A stretch of DNA of 41,040 nt from Octopus bimaculoides. Its lineage: Eukaryota. The notes below the pieces were generated by a model. That model was not told the DNA's origin. It did not search any database and worked only from the letters and a program-made list of their open reading frames with translations. Positions 36,502 to 41,040 of this stretch are shown in pieces. A program made the translations under genes and the position numbers. Every line of letters starts with the position of its first letter. Positions within the stretch are counted from its first letter, which is position 1. The stretch spans positions 69,568,956 to 69,609,995 of the forward strand of contig NC_068987.1 of the NCBI RefSeq assembly GCF_001194135.2, given 5' to 3'.

Positions 36502-36899
36502 TATTTATGTGTATGCATGACGTCATGTACACTCGCACACATATATATGGTGTCTATATTTATGAGCTTTTCATTACGAACTATTAGCGCACTGTCATCC
36601 CAATTTGGATAATCCTTTATAAAATCGGTTGCAACCTATCTGGAATAATCTCATCAAGCAGATTAAAACATATATGCACACAGTAAATATATAAATATAC
36701 ATAGATAGTGATATACAGTCAAACGAGGTGATATACAAGAAGTAAATGAGAAATAGTATGTCTGGATAATCCACTATTATGTGAGGCCGCCAACGCATGG
36801 AAACCTTTGGCCGTTGTTGAAAATAATCGTTGGCTAGTCCACTTGGTCGATTATATGATTTGTCATATAGTACAGTTTCTTCAATGGAAAGAAGTAAAA

Positions 36900-37365
36900 A
36901 TTAGGGTGAGAGGGGGAAGAGAGTGAGAGAGAAAGAGAGAAGTAATGTGAGAGAGAGGGAGCTAGAGAGAATGTGAGAGAGCAAGAGTGTGTGAGAGTGA
37001 GAAAGAGAAAGACGGAAGAGTAAACATAGTTTTCAAATTGAGACCTAGAGATGCTGAGAGGAGATAGAGATAGATTGAAAAGAAGACGGATGTGAAAGTA
37101 AGTGAGAGAAAGAGCGCGAGAGAAAGTGAGTGAGAGAGAGAGAGAGGGAAAGAAAGAGTGAGAAAGAGAACGGTAGAGAGATAGAGACAGAAAGACAGAG
37201 ATAGTCATATCAAGTTACCGAGTGAGAAAGAGGGACTAATAAAAGCATAGGAAACGTTGCAGAAAAGGTATAATCTTTGTCAGTGAACTGATACATGTGT
37301 ACGCATGTGTTGTGTGTGTGTGTGTGTTGTGCGCGCGCATTTATGTGTGTGTGTGTCTGTCTATG

Positions 37366-37418
<53 letters not shown>

Positions 37419-37620
37419 TTAGATAGATAGATATATAGAGAGAGATAAAGAGACGGACAGAAAGAAATTTAAGGAGAAAAGGCTGAGGGATAGGTAGAGA
37501 AGAGAGAGAAGCTAGAAATAGGAGGAAAAGAAAATGAAAACGGGAGAAAGGGTAAGAGAGAAGAAGGAATAAGAAAGAGGAAGAACATAATAAAATTCAA
37601 AGATAAACAAATAAACGGTG
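36900..37620. repeat. Purine-rich GA low-complexity domain including (GATA)n at about 37365-37430
   Basis: Visible composition bias and tetranucleotide run. Confidence 0.85.
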
Positions 37621-38356
37621 AAATTGTTAAAATAAAGTAAAAACCGTAAAAAATTAACAAAAACCAACCAAAAAACAGACACAATAACACGAATACGGAA
37701 CCAAGATATAATCGTGATTAAAATCAATATTTTTACAGCTTTTAAAAGATTAATAATTTTTCCAATATTGGGATTTTTGATCACATCAAACAATAACACT
37801 GGTTATTAAGCACCTGTAGTGGGGTGGGCCTGGAGAAAAAGTGGTGGTGGTCATGAGACAGGGTGTGGAGGGTGTGAAATGGTGGATGTGTTGAACTATT
37901 ATTAAACATGAATCACCAAACGAGAGAAGGCAGACATGCACACATTTAGGAATATACACATCTGCACATACAAGGTAAGCATACACGTAAATATACACAT
38001 ATCACCACACATATAGCCGAATGTGCATTTATATACGAATAAGTGAATTCACACAAACACACGTACATATAAGTACATGAATTCATACATACATAATTAC
38101 ATACGCACATACACAAACACACACGCACACACATATACACACACACGTACACGCATACATACATACATACATACATACATACATACATACATACATACAT
38201 AAAAAAAAAACATACAAATACAGAAATATCTACCATCTTATAGATGTTGAAATTTCAAGAACATTCGTTGAAAGATGGTCAACACCTAGTATTGCATAAT
38301 GATATGTATCTATGCAAAATATAAGTTTAGTAAATTCGATAGAATAAACGAACAAG

Positions 38357-38357
<1 letters not shown>

Positions 38358-38417
<60 letters not shown>
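38358..38417. repeat. (TATC)n microsatellite
   Basis: Perfect run. Confidence 0.95.
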
Positions 38418-38419
<2 letters not shown>

Positions 38420-38592
38420 ATATACACACACACACACATATATATATAACTATCTATCTATCTACCTACCAGTCTATCTACATTTACAGACAAACGTATG
38501 CCTGTGTGTGTATGCATATATATATATATATATATATATATACGTGTATGTGTGTGTGCACATGTATATATATATATACATATACACATGCT

Positions 38593-38624
<32 letters not shown>

Positions 38625-39079
38625 GTATACATAAGTAAATACACATACGTGTGTGTGTATGAGTGCGTGTGTGTCTAAACATACATGCACGCAAAAGAAA
38701 TCTAGATTAGCATATATTTTCCACATTAAATGTTGCAATACATATTGGCATTAGAGATGTAATTCGTTTGTCAAATTATCAAAACCAAATTATCTGTACG
38801 CTATATTCTCAATTCTCACCTGAAAATTTCACACCTGAACTCTAGCTTTGACCAACTGACCATTACTAAATCCATACATGAACAAATTTAAGGCCATTAA
38901 GATAAAATGCCACCTTCACGAGCTGCCACAATATCCTTCATCATTCAGGCTCTAGTATGTTATGCGTACTTGACAACGAATGACTTGTATTTCTTATTAC
39001 AATTTCTGTTTCGAAAGGAACGATTTGTTATTGATGATCGTACTTCATTGTACTTCATCGCACTTGAATGAAGTACGTT

Positions 39080-39205
39080 GATGCTTTTCATGTTTGAAGG
39101 TATTTAGTTACAACTCTTCACGTTGAAGTTCAAATCCCATCTAAGTCGACTTTTACTTCATTCTTCTAGTGGTGATAAACTAAAAGACGAATATTGAAGT
39201 CAAAG
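39080..39205 (+). mobile_element. Old, diverged Meta-domain-type SINE fragment
   Basis: GGTATTTAGTTACAACTCTTCACGTTGAAGTTCAAATCCC (B-box-like), then AAGTCGACTTTTACTTCATTCTTCTAGTGGTGATAAA (decayed Meta-like domain). Confidence 0.55.
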
Positions 39206-39441
39206 GTTTTTTTCTTGATTTTCTAATTTTGGGCTGAATCTGTCGTTTGGTTTAACCTCACCATCTGGTACCTTACATGCATTTAGCATCATGCACTTAG
39301 TTTCAAATTTCAAGTTTCATGTCACAAGTTTGTGTATACCTTCCAATGTTCCATTAGTCTTGGACATTGCTATTTCACCTGAATAAATAATAAAAAATGA
39401 CTGTGCTGTAAATTTTCGTCTCTGTCTGTCTGGCTGACTGT

Positions 39442-39445
<4 letters not shown>

Positions 39446-39514
<69 letters not shown>
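39446..39514. repeat. (TC)n microsatellite
   Basis: Perfect run. Confidence 0.95.
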
Positions 39515-39517
<3 letters not shown>

Positions 39518-40869
39518 GAAAGATTTTGGCTTTGTTCCTATGTCCAAAGTATCTTTCATGCCTTTTCTGATATATTTTTCTTCTCTTCCAATTAATCCCG
39601 TTTCTCTTCGTATACAGATCTATATGCAGAGTAAGATTTATTTTTATTTATATCTAGATACCTATGCAGCTTTTCCATTTGAATGAAAAGGTGCCTATTT
39701 ATCATTGATTTTTTATCGTTTCGCAGAAGTAATGAAATATGATGCAATTAGGTATTTTCAGGATTATCCAGCGGAAAGTGTGTAAACAATGTATACTCCA
39801 GTAGTAGATCGAAGATCCTTGTAATGAGTGGCATTCAAATCATAACCATCTTCTTGTTCTCAAAGAATTGTGTATTTTGGATTACATTATCAAACGCTGT
39901 TTTAAGAAAATAGTGCTTGATTTAAGGGATGTTTCGCGTATATTTCTATTAGATCAAACGACTGTTATAGTTTCACTGTTATTTACATTAAAGATAAAAA
40001 GGACTAGCTGAACTGTGGAATTCCAACACTAATCTAATAGGGACGAAACTATTTCAAAGAATTCCTACTAAAACTAAATATAATCAAGCCACCTCATTCG
40101 CGTAGCTGTTTCCGGACTGATTTGAAATACCGGCGAAGTCGACAATGCCGTAGAAGAAAACAAGGGATTATAAAATGCATATTACTCAAGTATTTTCCTT
40201 TTTTCATATATATTTCATTTTAATTGCATAACAAAAGTATGAAAGATAACACAATATTCTTTCCAGAGCTTTGGTGATATATATGAGGAATTTATCCTGA
40301 TCACTTGAAAAAACAGTATCGTCTTCTTTAGTAACATAATGCTGGGTGGTATATTAAACCGTTAAACTGAGCAAAGCCTATAGCAAAGTCTATACTGTTC
40401 TCTTCCCCAAATTGCCCACCTTTGGCTTATTTTCTAAATCAATATTTAAAGTAAAGTTTTACTTGTTTAATTTCTGAAACCATAATTGCTGCATACTTTA
40501 TGCTTTATGTGTAACAGTGATTGCACGATAAAAACAGCCTGTATATATGATTTACATAGACAAATCATTATCTCATACTGAAGCTTAACTTATGATTTCT
40601 GCCTACATGTCATTAAATTTAAACGTCTATATGCAACATTTGCAAAGTAATCACCTTAGCACACACATAAACCCACGAACATGCAAACCATAAATTAAGT
40701 AAGAAAAATATGTTCGCGTTCAAATTAAAGAAGCTACATCATGTCGAATTTCGTACGTATTCAATAACTTTTTAACTAATATATGCGTAAACTCATACCA
40801 AAATACAAACACATTCACAAAAATAGTGAGTTTAACTTCTTATAAAGATATCTACGTTCCTCTAAATAA

Positions 40870-40913
<44 letters not shown>

Positions 40914-40925
40914 ATAGATATATAT
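40870..40925. repeat. (TATC)n/(TA)n microsatellite
   Basis: Visible run directly before the GC-rich segment. Confidence 0.95.
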
Positions 40926-40926
40926 T

Positions 40927-41040
40927 AGGTGTGGGCGCCGTTTGTGAGGCGCGCCTTCCCGCAGCTCGTCTCACTCACCGAACTGCAAACATGGATCAGG
41001 AAGAGACCGAAACTGGGCGATTGGCACCGCGAGTGTCGCC
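40927..41040 (+). mobile_element. 5'-truncated non-LTR retrotransposon fragment (L1/Tx1-like ORF2, region downstream of RT), continuing beyond the window
   Basis: There is an abrupt switch to GC/CpG-rich sequence. The frame from 40929 reads VWAPFVRRAFPQLVSLTELQTWIRKRPKLGDWHRECR, resembling ORF2 of an abundant Octopus Tx1-like LINE as I recall it. Not verified by a search. Confidence 0.6.

Noticed and set aside
30991-36612. Longest ORFs in the track (300-469 aa)
   Set aside because: They consist mostly of X from assembly gaps.
37815-37890. G-rich stretch as a possible G-quadruplex
   Set aside because: It has fewer than four G3 runs in range.
5980-39745. Shared 14-mer ATGAAATATGATGC (MKYDA) at 5980 and 39732
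   Set aside because: Matches of this length are expected by chance in about 40 kb of AT-rich DNA, and the flanks do not align.
40991-41040. ATG in good context (GCAAACATGG) reading MDQEETETGRLAPRVS, and a minus-strand G|GTGAGT donor
   Set aside because: Better explained as alternative frames of the LINE fragment, although it cannot be fully excluded at the window edge.
1-41040. CRISPR arrays, operons or other prokaryotic systems
   Set aside because: There is no repeat-spacer structure and no gene-dense region. The DNA is eukaryotic intronic or intergenic.

Overview
This is AT-rich, microsatellite-saturated, essentially non-coding eukaryotic DNA from a short-read draft scaffold with 12 N-gaps (about 3.7 kb), most of them beside (TA)n/(CA)n tracts. 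The repeats match, from my recall rather than a search, the abundant tRNA-derived SINEs of Octopus, so the source is probably an octopus such as O. bimaculoides; this is an inference. I could not identify any protein-coding gene. Nearly all ORFs in the track are translations of simple repeats or run through N-gaps. Supported features are one near-complete composite SINE plus a 3' half-copy, several Meta-domain-type SINE copies, the start of a 5'-truncated L1/Tx1-like LINE fragment at the right edge, and many simple and compound microsatellites. The most distinctive structures are a 70-bp near-perfect inverted repeat with a unique 28-bp core (2698-3037), a duplicated contig end (3830-4916), orientation-flipping microsatellites that can fold back, and a few low-confidence splice-site-flanked candidate exons. 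There are no CRISPR, rRNA, tRNA or prokaryotic features, and I found no convincing novel biological system.
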